Shown here: positions 38,301 to 50,506 of the stretch, one piece after another
Numbering within the stretch: the stretch's first letter is position 1
How the letters are laid out: every line of letters starts with the position of its first letter
Notes under the pieces: model-generated
Databases searched by the model: none
Told to the model about the DNA's origin: nothing
The model's input: only the letters and a program-made list of their open reading frames with translations
Program-made: the position numbers and the translations under genes
DNA from: Atractiella rhizophila
Taxonomy: Eukaryota
Length of the DNA: 53,455 nucleotides
Direction: 5' to 3'
Assembly (NCBI GenBank): GCA_021432655.1
Contig: MU271249.1
Span: 53,644 to 107,098 of the forward strand

Positions 38301-38973
38301 GGGTCTGCGACTGAAAGTTAATAGACATTATAGATGGGATGTAGTATCTCTGTAACTAATAAAAAGAAGGCATTTGACCAACACATACATCAAGAAAGGA
38401 CTATTACTGATGCTTGCTCTGCTCCCGCTTCCTCATTCATATCTTTGCCAGTGACCTCAGCACCATCCATCTCCTCCTCATCACCTTCCAAAGTAATCAA
38501 ACCCTCTCTTCTCCACAGTCTCAGGCTGATGAAAGTCGAGACTGATTGTGATTTGAGTTTCCAGAAGACCATAAGGTGAACTGACGCGATCAATCATAAT
38601 CGCGAATGACTGCCATCACGGCACAGCGCATCCAGACGCAACGAAGCTGACTTAGCAATGGAGGCCGTAGAGAAATGGATGAAACAACCATGATTTTCGT
38701 TATCTATACAGACTCAGACACAGGCTCAGAGGGCTCGAGCGCGACTTTGTATACCTGCGTCTTCGACAAGCCTTGCATGCACTTCTTCGCGATCGATGAC
38801 CTTGGGACAACGATAACAAGGCGGGAAGTCCTGAGATAAAGGAACTTGAAGGAACAAGGTTTTCTCACCGTTTCTCTCAACCATGTTTATTATAAAGTCC
38901 TGATAAATCTCAGTCACCTCACCCAGCATCACTATCCTCAAAAACATCTGCGCTTTCTTTGCCACACACCGAT

Positions 38974-39978
38974 ATGAGCGAAGAAATTCTCAAACCCATC
39001 CTTCTCCTTCCGAATTCCTGTCGCGTCTGCGGAGTGGAAGGTAGAGTGCAACGATGCAGCAGGTGCTTGGCTTACGTCGCCTATTGCGTTCGTCGTCTCC
39101 TTCTCGTTTCCAACTTTGACTAAAGATGCCTGGATAACAGGATCGCGAATGTCAATCTGTCGATTGGCCGTCTCACAAACGTGTTTGCGGAGTGGTGGCG
39201 ACTGTACTTCCCGACGTCGAGGAATGGAGAAATGTAAGCAGACTTGCATCCTTTTCTGCCAGTTTGCCCTATTGACTGAAAGTGTCCCTTGGAATAGAAA
39301 TTCATGGGAAATCTCAAGGTTCAAGCTTCGCGAGCCCTCCAGTTCTCATCTGCCAATCAACCCCAAGTTCACGAGCACTACTTCCTCCTCGACCTATTCA
39401 TAGTTCCATCTACCGTGCAAGAGCACAATCAAACGCCTATCGAAAAGCGATACGCGCTGGACTACGTCACTCTCATTCCTTTACCAAAAGGCACGAACAC
39501 CAGAACTAGTCCGAGCGACTCTACTTCCCTCTTTACTCCTGCTGAGCACGAGAAGGTGGAAAAGATCGTTGACGCTTCCAGAATTATCCAGGCAGAAGGA
39601 GGAAAGGGAATCTCTGTCTGGTTGCTTCGTTTTCGGTTTCCCACTCCAACACAGAAGAGGGAGATGGACTCTGAGTTCGCGGAGTGTGAACTTGGACCAC
39701 CTGGGGGAGATCTACCCATATTTCGGTACTATGGCTTGAGACATAGCGCGGGAGACGAAGATGGTTGCAGAGACGACATCGCGGAGGAAGAAGGCATTGT
39801 TTTGAAAGTCCTGATGCCCTTAGATATGACTGGAACGAAGGAACTCCCCATGATGAAGTTGATGGATATGGTGGGCATTGGATGGGAGGAGTGCCTAGGT
39901 TGGGCTTTCTGGAGAGGATTGACTGACCAGCGCATTCCTCTACTGCGGAAGGAATTGAGAGTAGGAGAGGAAAAGTAA
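38974..39978 (+). CDS. zf-MYND domain protein (3 exons)
   Basis: Exons 38974-39087, 39141-39233 and 39298-39978 splice in frame. They give CRVCGVEGRVQRCSRCLAYVAYC|DRECQSVDWPSHKRVC, a canonical MYND finger. Confidence 0.85.
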
Positions 39979-40437
39979 ACCTCCCAGACAGGATGTAGCG
40001 AACGTGGCTAATTTTTCAGTTGTCAGTTTCAAAAATGTTACAATCCCTGGATTTAGGAGATAATATACATCTGCCAATATCCTTTGTATAGTGTCGGTTG
40101 TTTGGGCGCTTCGTAAGGCAAATGTTTCAATACTTTAGTAACACGGCGGCTATTTTATTAGTTCGTTATCAATATTCATTATTGCAATGCCCATTTTTAT
40201 AATAACTTGAAGTGCTTCTGCATCCTGCATCATTTGAAGCTTTGGGGTGGAACCAGGCTCACAGCGCCATGCTCTAAAGAACCAGGTCCCAAGGACAGAG
40301 GCCCGAACCTTATTCCAGGCCGCATTCACTGGCAGGCTCGCCACAGAAACATCTATCAACCTCCGTCTATCATCGTCTTTCCAGGGTCTTTTGAATAATT
40401 TAGGTATCCTGTGGCCTCATCCACAGTCGGAGTCAAC

Positions 40438-41693
40438 ATGGTACGTCTCTGCCTGTTCTGGTGCCTGCACAATCTCACCATCATCGCATAGGGGAAGCTG
40501 AATGTTTGTTAACACTTCCTCTCGCCTTCAGGACGCAATTATTGACGGCATCCCCAGATATTGCACCACAAGTCCTACCACCCGTACAAGAGAGAAAATG
40601 TTGAGCGGGTGCGGCGTGATGAGGAGGCGGCACGCCTGCAAGAAGAGATTTCAGAAGGTCGACGGTCACTAGCGGACTCAGAGGCTCGATTATCCATCTT
40701 GCGGGAGGAGAAGAGATCGAAGGAGAAGGGCCAACGCAAACAGGACGAGCGGGAGGCGGAACGGAGGCTAGAAAGACAGTTGGCTGGGAAACCAGAGCCT
40801 GAGAAAGAAGAAGAGGGGAAAGCAAGGATCGTGAGCTTTGAAAAAGGAGGAAATGATGAGGGTGGACTTTATGATAAGGATGGGCATATGAACTTTTGGG
40901 CTAGTTCGGAGGTACGTCTTTTCGTCTCTCACTTTGTATTAGATCCATGGGCTGAAAGACAGTGATTGAAGGCAACGACGTCTTCTCTGTTGGGGAAGGG
41001 ACCAAACAAAGAGAAAGAGCGCTCGGCCAAGGAAGAGTGGGAGGAGAAGCACACAATGTATCTTGGACGTCCAGGGGACAGCACAAAGACACCGTGGTAT
41101 TCCTCATCCGACCTCCTATCATCTGAAGAGCGGTCGAAGCCAGACAACACGCGTTTGGAAGAGGCGTACGTTCCACCTTCCACACGCCTGCCACAGTCTG
41201 ATCTGATATTTTGGATGGCAATAGGTACAAAGACACCCAACGTAAATCCGCTGAAGACCCCATGGCACTGATGAACGCATACCTTACTCGACGCTCAGCA
41301 ATCAAAGAATACCAAGAACACGACGAATCTCTTTCCCGCTACTCTTCTCGTCGTATGGAGACTCCACGAGAATTCTACGAACCAGTTACACCAAATATCA
41401 AGCGCCTCGCAGACAGGAAGAAGCACGCGTTCTGGGAGGAAAAGAATCAATTGAACGAGGAAGGAAAAGAGGTAAAACTGAAAGAAGAGCCGAAGAAGGA
41501 GAAGGGACCTGAGCTGATGCGCGTAAATAGAAGTAAAGAGTTGGACAGGGTGAGAATGTTGAAGGAGAGGGAGAAGCGGAAGCGAGAAGGATCGTCGATC
41601 GCCTCAACTCCAAGGACGGAATGGGGGTACGAGACTGGAATGTTTGATTGGACAGAGAGGAAGGAAGCGAGATCTAGAGAAATCTCGGTTTGA
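40438..41693 (+). CDS. Cir_N-domain (LENG1-like) protein, copy 1 (C-terminal few residues replaced)
   Basis: Spliced start M|GKLN|ILHHKSYHPYKRENVERVRRDEEAARLQEE (Cir_N motif), then YLG...PWY and DPMALM. Ends EARSREISV* where the sequence runs into a repeat at 41676. Confidence 0.8.
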
Positions 41694-42290
41694 AATTGAT
41701 GTGTCGTCCAGTGTTTTGGTCAGGATGGGGTTACTTCTCTAGTGAAATTCCAGAGCTTCTGAGAATCTTCCACACCCTACTGACATTCTAACACCTTCTA
41801 CTTTGTTGGTGGGTGATAGGGCTGCAGAAATTTCCATAGTTACCTTCTCATCAGGCTCACTTGTGCAAATGGGTTCACTGCTATGACATAATGTCGCTTT
41901 GGGAGTATTCTGCCAATGAAATGTATTTCATTTCGCTGTTATGGACTACAAAACAAGAAACGGAAACCTGAATTGGAAGTGGTGAGACCTGAATAGATCC
42001 TGGACTCATCACAATAGTTATGTGAAGATGGGAACACTCACTACTTTCAAACTGAAATTCCTCCCACGTTACCCGTTCTCCCCCTTAGCTGTATAGCGGC
42101 GCAGTAGTCTAGAAGTTGAAGGTGTTAGCATCTCAGTGTAGGGTGTGGAAGAGTCTCAGAAAGCTCGGGAATTTCACTGGAGAAGTAACCCATTCTGACC
42201 AAAACACGGGAAGACACACCAATTTCAAACCGAAATTTCTCCCCCGTTACCCGCTCTCCCCCTTAGCTGTATGGCAGCCTAGTAGTCTAG
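41676..42290. repeat. Repeat/TE remnant with inverted and direct repeats between the duplicated genes
   Basis: About 41677-41803 is the imperfect reverse complement of about 42112-42241. Direct repeat about 42045-42112 vs 42222-42291, both ending agtagtctaga. Confidence 0.8.
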
Positions 42291-42562
42291 AGCCAGCTCT
42301 TTCTACCGCTACCAACCACTTCTCCCTCTTGTTCATTGGGACCACGGTAGGTCGAGTTGAAGTCGAAAGTGCCAAAAATTCGCCGAAGGTCAAGCCGACC
42401 GCTTCGGCTCCGTCGCAAGCCTCCTCCTTTGGAGGAGGCTTGTTGCCAAGCTTAGGCCGCATTCCAGCAGGCTCGCCACAGAAACATCTATCAACCATCG
42501 TCTTTCCAAGGTCTTTTGAATAAGTTAGGTATCCTGTGGCCTCATCCACAGTCGGAGTCAAC

Positions 42563-43823
42563 ATGGTACGTCTCTGCCTGTTCTGGTGCCTGCACAATCT
42601 CACCATCATCGCATAGGGAAAGCTGAATGTTTGTTAACACTTCCTCTCGCCTTCAGAACGCAATTATTGACGGCATCCCCAGATATTGCACCACAAGTCC
42701 TACCACCCGTACAAGAGGGAAAATGTTGAGCGGGTGCGGCGTGATGAGGAGGCGGCACGCCTGCAAGAAGAGATTTCAGAGGGTCGACGGTCACTAGCGG
42801 ACTCAGAGGCTCGATTATCCATCTTGCGGGAGGAGAAGAGATCGAAGGAGAAGGGCCAACGCAAACAGGACGAGCGGGAGGCGGAACGGAGGCTAGAAAG
42901 ACAGTTGGCTGGGAAACCAGAGCCTGAGAAAGAAGAAGAGGGGAAAGCAAGGATCGTGAGCTTTGAAAAAGGAGGCAATGATGAGGGCGGACTTTATGAT
43001 AAGGATGGGCATATGAACTTTTGGGCTAGTTCGGAGGTACGTCTTTTCGTTTCTCACTTTGTATTAGATCCATGGGCTGAAGACGGTGATTGAAGGCAAC
43101 CACGTCTTCTCTGCTGGGGAAGGGACCAAGCAAAGAGAAAGAGCGCTCGGCGAAGGAAGAGTGGGAGGAGAAGCACACAATGTATCTTGGACGACCCGGA
43201 GACAGCGCGAAGACACCGTGGTATTCCTCATCCGACCTCTTGTCCTCTGAAGAGCGGTCGAAACCAGACAACAGGCGTTTGGAAGAGGCGTACGTTCCAC
43301 CTTCCACGCGCCTGCCACACTCTGATCTGATATTTCGGATGGCAATAGGTACAAAGACACTCAACGTAAATCCGCTGAAGACCCCATGGCACTGATGAAC
43401 GCATACCTTACTCGACGCTCAGCAATCAAAGAATACCAAGAACACGACGAATCTATTTCCCGCTACTCTTCTCGTCGTATGGAGACTCCACGAGAATTCT
43501 ACGAACCAGTTACACCAAATATCAAGCGCCTCGCAGACAGGAAGAAGCACGCGTTCTGGGAGGAAAAGAATCAATCGAACGAGGAAGAAAAAGAGGTAAA
43601 ACTGAAAGTAGAGCCGAAGAAGGAGAAGGGACCTGAGCTGATGCGCGTAGACAGAAGTAAAGAGTTGGACAGGGTGAGAATGTTGAAGGAGAGGGCGAAG
43701 CGGAAGCGAGAAGGATCTTCGATCGCCTCAACTCCAAGGACGGAATGGGGGTACGAGACTGGAATGTTTGATTGGACAGAGAGGAAGGAAGCGAGATCTG
43801 CTCGGACAGGCCGTCGTCGATAG
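42563..43823 (+). CDS. Cir_N-domain (LENG1-like) protein, copy 2
   Basis: Same exon structure as copy 1 and near-identical sequence. Ends EARSARTGRRR*. Confidence 0.85.
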
Positions 43824-44027
43824 GACTGTGCCGGTTCCAATGGTACCACCTGACCTGATGTGATTTTTGTTGTATTACAAGCTGCATTTCAGTCCTCCAC
43901 AAATTCATTGTACAATATGATACATTTTTATCAACCAAGGGCACGCATCAAATTGAAGTGCATATTGAAGTGCGTTCGAAACAAAACTGAAAACAAAACT
44001 GTATTTTTAGCACAAAAACAACTGCAA

Positions 44028-45477
44028 TCAGATATCAAACCAGTCGGCCTCCTCAATCTTTATATTTCTCAAATCACACTCTTCCCTGACCTCGGCATTA
44101 GGCGGTTGTCGATAATGATGTCTGAGGACCTTGAGCTGTAGCCTTTGCTTCGCACTACCTTTCCCATTTGTGAGCGACCTACTATGATGTAGCGTTCCGA
44201 GATTTCCCTCCTGCAACAATCTCCCCAGCGGCAACCAGAACTCTCCCAAACCGAAGGGAAAGCAGCAAAACAGTTCCTGGAGGGTGGGAGGGAGGTTTAG
44301 GATCACTTCTTCTCTGAAATCATCGACCAGGATATCCAGTCGTTGAATTGTGGTGTGCTTGGAAACATAAGGATAGATCTCCCTAAATGGAGCGGAATGT
44401 GCCATTTTGGAATGATCGGAGAGGGTTGTTTTCAACTTGAGAGTTCTCAGGTTGACAAATCGCTGGAGGACGTGGGGGAGTGAAGAGAGGGACTGGTGTA
44501 GTGCGAAGCTTTCGGACGAAGGCCGGCAGCGAAGCTCTTCTAACGTCAAGGAGGAAAGAGAGAGAATTGAGGAAGAGAGTAACGCCGCGAGTTGAGAGTC
44601 TGAGATGTAGATGTTGGAAAAGGAGCATGAGGTGAGTTGGAATGTCGGTACCAGAGAAGGGCTGAATGTCCAATCGCGGACCGATATTGCAAGCTTCTTC
44701 AGCGCCGATTTCGATTTCGGCAGCAGGGCCTTCTTTCCCCCTTCGGTCTCTCCGTCATCAACAGCCTCTTCGCTCCCTCTTAGTGTCGAATCAAACGCCC
44801 AATTTTGAAATAACGGTATCGCCAGTGGATAGACAGTCCTAACAAACTGCCGCGTCCCGTAAAATCGAAACTCTTCCAATCTCTCCCAATGTTTCGTACT
44901 CCTCCTTGTAATCGCAGCATCATAGTCCGCTATACTTCCTAGTGCCCCTTTCAACTCTGTATAGAAGTTGGCGATGGTGAAGCTCCTCAATCTCGTTGTT
45001 AACATGATAATGCGCTCGAAAGTCGTAGACGAGATGGGTCTATCCCGGCCTTGTCGGTGTATCCGTTCGTCGAGAGAGATGAGAAGGTTCTGTACCATTT
45101 CGCCTCGTAACATCTCAGAAGGAGAAGAGGAGGAGGAGATATATTGTAGAAATTTCTGAGCTTTGACTTCACCGAAGATCTGAACGTGGGACAGAAAGAC
45201 GGGATAGGCGACTGGGTGTAAATTGCGGTGTACTCGTAGGGAAGACTGGTGTTATCCGAATAAGCCTTACTAGAGCGTGCTCGAAGAGAGAGATGGTGCG
45301 TACCAGGTACACGGAAGGAGGCTCGTAATCCGGTCGATTGGGATCAACGAAGTTGAGATCGTTCGTTGACAACCGTCTAGGGAAACGGAGGAGAGTGAAG
45401 ATGAGGTGGAGGACATCGTAGGGGAGGGTGAGGAGAGTGGGGCCTAATGTTGCTTTCTGAGTCCCATCTCCACTCAT
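44028..45477 (-). CDS. F-box-like / LRR-like protein
   Basis: N-terminal TLLTLPYDVLHLIFTLL (F-box-like). The long 361-aa exon has LxxLxL repeats (LSSLTLEEL, LRTLKLKT, IQRLDIL, LPPTLQEL). Confidence 0.6.
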
Positions 45478-47088
45478 CCTGACCAGCAGAGGAATCAGCA
45501 TTTGCGCAGTTCTCAGGTCGCGGACTTTTGAGGATTATCTCGGATACGGCAGACGTGAATACTGAAGGTATTATTCCACATGTTCACAACTGCCAAGCAG
45601 AAATACTGAATTGGTATGGAGTAAACGATCCCTACTGAAGCATAATTGAACATTTAACAAAGGTGTTGTGATTTCTGATCTGTTCAGAATATGCTGAAAG
45701 TAACACCGAAGGCTCACCAGCGCTGACTAACGAGCGAATGAGCTGACTGACAGGGCAAATAATATTTTCCGCCTCATTAACAAGAGGAAGAGGGTGAAAC
45801 AACACAGAATATGAAAGTTGTGGCATGATATCCAGGTTAGCTCTAATTATGTTGAGCAGAAGCTGATCCCCGTACTTCTCAAACTCCCGCACCCGCGTTC
45901 GATGATCCCTTTGATGGACGCGAGAATTAGAACTGATTTCCAACACCGACGCGTTCATCAGAGAAAAGGACTCAAAATTGGTCAACAAGCCAAATTTGGT
46001 CGCTGTCCAAGGTAACGAACGAGCTTGAAGCGAGAGCTGGAGCTGATTTTGGGTCCAGCTTCTACGCAAACAGTAGACTGGCCAATCAAATGATCGGTGG
46101 ATTACTCTACTGCTCTGAACAGGCAAATCTCATATTCGAAAGAACTTGGACCCAACTTGTGTGCTGACGAGCAACTTGCGCACCTTGACCAAAAGGACAC
46201 CAAATTTTAGCCGCCTAATCACCCAATACTGTTGAGCATCCTAAGGCCTTCACGGGTAACGCACAGATGAAACTGAAAACTTTCGACTCAAGATGTTCGA
46301 AGGATCGACACGATCGCAGTGGACGGGAAGATCTGCCCCCTTAGCATTTCAACTTTCCCCCTTAGGTATTACCTCTCTCGATGCCAGATGTCCACCAGGC
46401 TCCCAGTCCAGCATTTCCTACGTGTTTTCAGCATGAACATCGGCTTCAGTTGTCTTCCAGAGCACGTTAACATGAGGGCAGAGAGAAAAGCGCGAAAGGA
46501 ACGAAGTGTTTGAAGCCAGCAGATCAAACTGCTTCTAGAAGAATGAGAGCCCTTTAACCAGCAAAACTGTGCTCCCTCCTGAATATCAATCTCATCATTT
46601 TTCACGCGTTCGGACATCCTTTTGTTCATCACAATTTGTGGCGTCTCTTTGTGGCTTGATTGCTGCACAATTGCGTCAAAGCTCGGTTTATTCTTACTTG
46701 ATTAGCTGTCTCCAGGGTCGATCTTACATCCCGGCGCTTTCCCTCAATCCCTCGCTCTAGACTTGAGAGCCATTTTCTCTCTCTCTTTTCTAGAGAGAGA
46801 TTAGGAGAGAGATTAGATGGATAATCAGAGAGTTCCGCCTAGTTCTACCTTTCTAACGCAGGACGGAGTATTCCGAGCTTGTTTATCATCTCAAAGCGAA
46901 TTATGCTCTTGATAGAGCGGTGGAGAAAGAATGATTTGATGACCGAAGCACCAGAGGTTGATCTTCAGAAGATCCTCAGTCCACTTCCCCGATGGCTCAA
47001 ACGCATGAGCAATCGTTCTAGACCCCCGCACTAGGCTCAGCCTTAGCCTTACCTCTGCTATTATCACTCACGCATCCCCGAGCAGGGG

Positions 47089-47095
47089 TATAAAA
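47089..47095 (+). promoter_or_regulatory. TATA box of the secreted-protein gene
   Basis: TATAAAA in GC flanks, about 125 bp upstream of ATG 47216. Confidence 0.6.
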
Positions 47096-47215
47096 GGGCT
47101 GCTCTCCAAGAGCAAGTTCTCCAAGCAAGCAACACTTCTTACTTGCATATCTACCTTCTTTGATACAACGCCCACTCTTTTAAGAACTCTTCGTATTATA
47201 CTTAATCTATCAGTC

Positions 47216-48260
47216 ATGTCGTTCAAGACTCTCGCTATCGCTGCTCTCGCTGCATCTGGTGCGCTCGCTTCCTCTCCATCAGCGCGAACCCTACTCATGA
47301 CAGGGTCTGATTCTAACAGCCTTCGCTATTGAGGCTGACCTCGGAGTCGCCCACGTCGGCGCTGGCGTCATCGGCACCAATGGCGGTTTCGTTTCCGTTG
47401 GCGCTCTCGATACTGATGTCTCAGCGGCTGTCGTTGCTCCTCAACTCCACAACAGGCGCTCCCACAAGGGAATGAAGCGCATCTCTTCTGAGAAGAGGCA
47501 CGGTCTCGCACTTGGAGTCGACGTCTCCGCTATCGGCGCTCAAGTCGCTCCTGCTATCCTCTTCTCTCTTGATAGCGTCATCGTCTCCGTTCAGGGAGAT
47601 GTTGCTCCCATCGTCCAAAACGTTAAAGGACTCGTTGGAGATATCCAAGATATTGCTACCGGTGCCGCCACTGGGGATGTTGCCACTGTTGTGAGCAAGT
47701 TGCAAGGAGAGCTCCAGAAGGTTAGTGGTGTTGTCAGTGGTGCTGTCAGTGAGTATTTTGCATATCTTCGTCTTTTTGTGGGAGAGTGCTGATTATTATT
47801 GCTAATGTAGCCACCGTCAAAGGCCTCGCCAGTGGAGCTGTTGACACTGTTGAAGGCGTCGCTCCCACTCCTGTTAGTAGTCGTCCCCTCATTCCTCGTG
47901 ACCCTCTGATACCGTTAACAGGAGAAAGTCGCGGTCGCTCTCTCCACCGTCACCACCCAACTCTCTGGCGTCATGAGCCTCATTTCCGGTCTCGACGTTG
48001 ACACTGTCCAGGCTCCTTTGGACAATGTTGTCAGTCAGGTTAAGACCGACCTCGCCGACGTATGTCCTTTCTCTTACTATTCCAGGTATACTACAGAAAG
48101 AAATTAACATTGGGAACTTGATGGATAGATCTACTCCGCTGTCGGAGCTGTTGCCGCCCCTGTCCTCGCCATCGTTGACGCCCTCCTCTCCCCCGTCGAG
48201 GGTCTCCTCAACGGTCTTGGACTTGGATTCCTCTCCGACATCATCAACACCGTCGTCTAA
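47216..48260 (+). CDS. Secreted Cys-free Val/Ala/Gly/Leu-rich protein with dibasic sites (SC15/repellent-like surface protein)
   Basis: Signal peptide MSFKTLAIAALAAS|AFA, then HNRRSHKGMKRISSEKR and amphipathic helices ending PVEGLLNGLGLGFLSDIINTVV*. Four GT-AG introns and strong C-ending codon bias. Confidence 0.8.
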
Positions 48261-50151
48261 ATGGTGGAGCATTTAACGATCGCATAACGAATGAAGTAGT
48301 GGTGCTTTCGTCTTTCTTTTATGCGCTTTGTTATCGCAGTTAATTCGGTGTGCAGCTGCATACCTACTAGCCTTCTGAGGCTGATTTGTTTGTTTGCGAT
48401 CTCGATGATGTGTCCTGATTGCCTTGTTTGAATGCTTGGTCGATGTCCATAATCGAAGAGTGTGAATAATCCTTTCATTAACCATCCTATTTTGTGCCAC
48501 ATCCACCTCAGGCGGGCAACTCTACCATTTCTTGGAGGGGAGCTTGTCAACCAAATGATGTTTTTCTGTCAGAGAACATTTCCTCGCATCACGTGAAAGC
48601 CAGAGTATGAAAGGGCCTTGTTGGCTCCGGCCTTGCTGCATATAAATTGTTCTTGATTTCCACTTCAGGTCGAACAGTTCTTCGCCAAGCTGAGCCGATA
48701 ATTAGGTACATAGAAGCGGTTGTGATATAAACACGCCTCTTCTTCCATTTGGCTTCAGGCAAACACAATCAGAGTCAGTTCGCCGTGGTTAATTGATCTT
48801 CGAGAAGATATGATTTTTAAAGACGTAACTTTTGCCGCTCTCTTAACCCTTGGTTGGTCTTCTGATTTTGATGCTTCCTTGCCGTCAGCTCGAATGAATG
48901 TTTGATGCGAAACAGTTATTGCTGCCGAAGTCGAAGTCGAACTTCCTAGGGTCAGCACAGTGATAGAAGGAGGCTCCATCGAGGTCGAGCTCTTCGACGA
49001 CGCCATGCCGGGTGACCTTCCTCTGCCTCGCTCACTCCATTCGGCAAAGTATTACGAAGGTCTGTCATCCTCAGGCATGGGGCTTTTCAAGAAGCGTCAA
49101 CAAGTTGATCCTGTAATCTTCTCGTCTGTCGCCGACGATACTGTGCCAGATGGAACGGAAAGAGTTGTGGATAGGGTGGAAGTGTTGTTGGGCACTTGAA
49201 TCTTGTTTAGATGGTTCATTTCAAGCGCCTCTACTAGGTTCTCTACCATTGTAAGTATTTTCTAGAAGAATACATATCATGTTGATATAATAACAGTCAC
49301 AACGCACAATCTAATGCTATAAACAATTTCAGGATCCTTAGGGCGATCGTTTTGCAGCCCAAGTGGGAGAACCATCCTCGGATTGTGGCGTTTCTCATCC
49401 AAATCCGTCGTGAAGGAGTGACATCTGCTCCGTAAAATAAAGGCAAGCTTGCAATTTATGCTTGTCTCAAAGTCACGTCGGGTGCTCTACAGAACACAGA
49501 CGTAAACCTTTGCAGGTACTCTTGACCCTGCTGACATGTAGGAGCCAGATGATTCATTGCCCGACTCGCCAGACATTAGCGAGCAAATAAAGTGAGGTCT
49601 TGGGACCTTGAATAATGTGTGCGAATCTTAGGAAACATCAAAGAACTTCGTTAGAGAATAGACACCTATCTAAATGAGGTGTCCAGTAAGGATACACTTA
49701 CGATGGAGGAAAGCTCGTGAGAAAAGTAACTGCACGTCCGTAAAAGCAGCCAAAGGACAGAGGGGTAGAATGAAACCAAAGACTCCCATTTCCCAATCTC
49801 CTGACCCGGCAGAAAGTCTTTAATTCTACAATAATGCACATAGAGCCCCGATTTAGCGAGTGGAGGGTAGGAGCGCGAGGATGGTTCCTTCCTCGCGTTC
49901 AACACACCTAAGACCTTTGCACAGCTGGACACTGAACAGACGCGTGCAAGTCACCCCCCATAACTCGCTACTTGATATGTATACATGGTTAGCTGCTGAA
50001 CAGAGCCGTTTATAAATGGAGGGCTGGAAATTTGGAAAAGAGCGAGAAGCCTTGTTATCACCAGTCTTGGATGCCAACACCTGGAAGCAGTTATGATAAA
50101 ATCGACTCCATGTTAAGACGATCAGAGCACGAGCAGAATATATAACAAAAG

Positions 50152-50201
50152 TGTTTACAATGGCGTAAAAGCAAAAAAGGAGAAACGGTTGTCCAACGCG
50201 T
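50152..50201 (+). promoter_or_regulatory. Candidate cell-cycle promoter elements (forkhead site and MCB) upstream of the cyclin
   Basis: TGTTTAC (reverse complement GTAAACA) at 50152-50158 and ACGCGT at 50196-50201. TATAAATA near 50255. Confidence 0.4.
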
Positions 50202-50506
50202 CACATACGGAAGTTAACCTTCAGAAAGTTGTTGTTGTCACGTGCGAAGTGAAGTATAAATAAGGTTGGGACGTTTGTGAGAAGCAGGTCCCTTTCCAAC
50301 ATCACCTCTTACGTTCTTCCTTGCGAACCCCCACACATCTCGGTGACTATTGTCTCCTTGCTCTCGCCCCTTCAAAAGATTCGTTCTTGTCTATTTTTTT
50401 CCTCAAAAAACCGATCAGAAAACCCCCACCACATCAGTTCACGTACCTCCACGACCTCGATATCTTTATCGTTCGGGATTCAGTTCGTTCATTTAAGGAT
50501 ATATCT

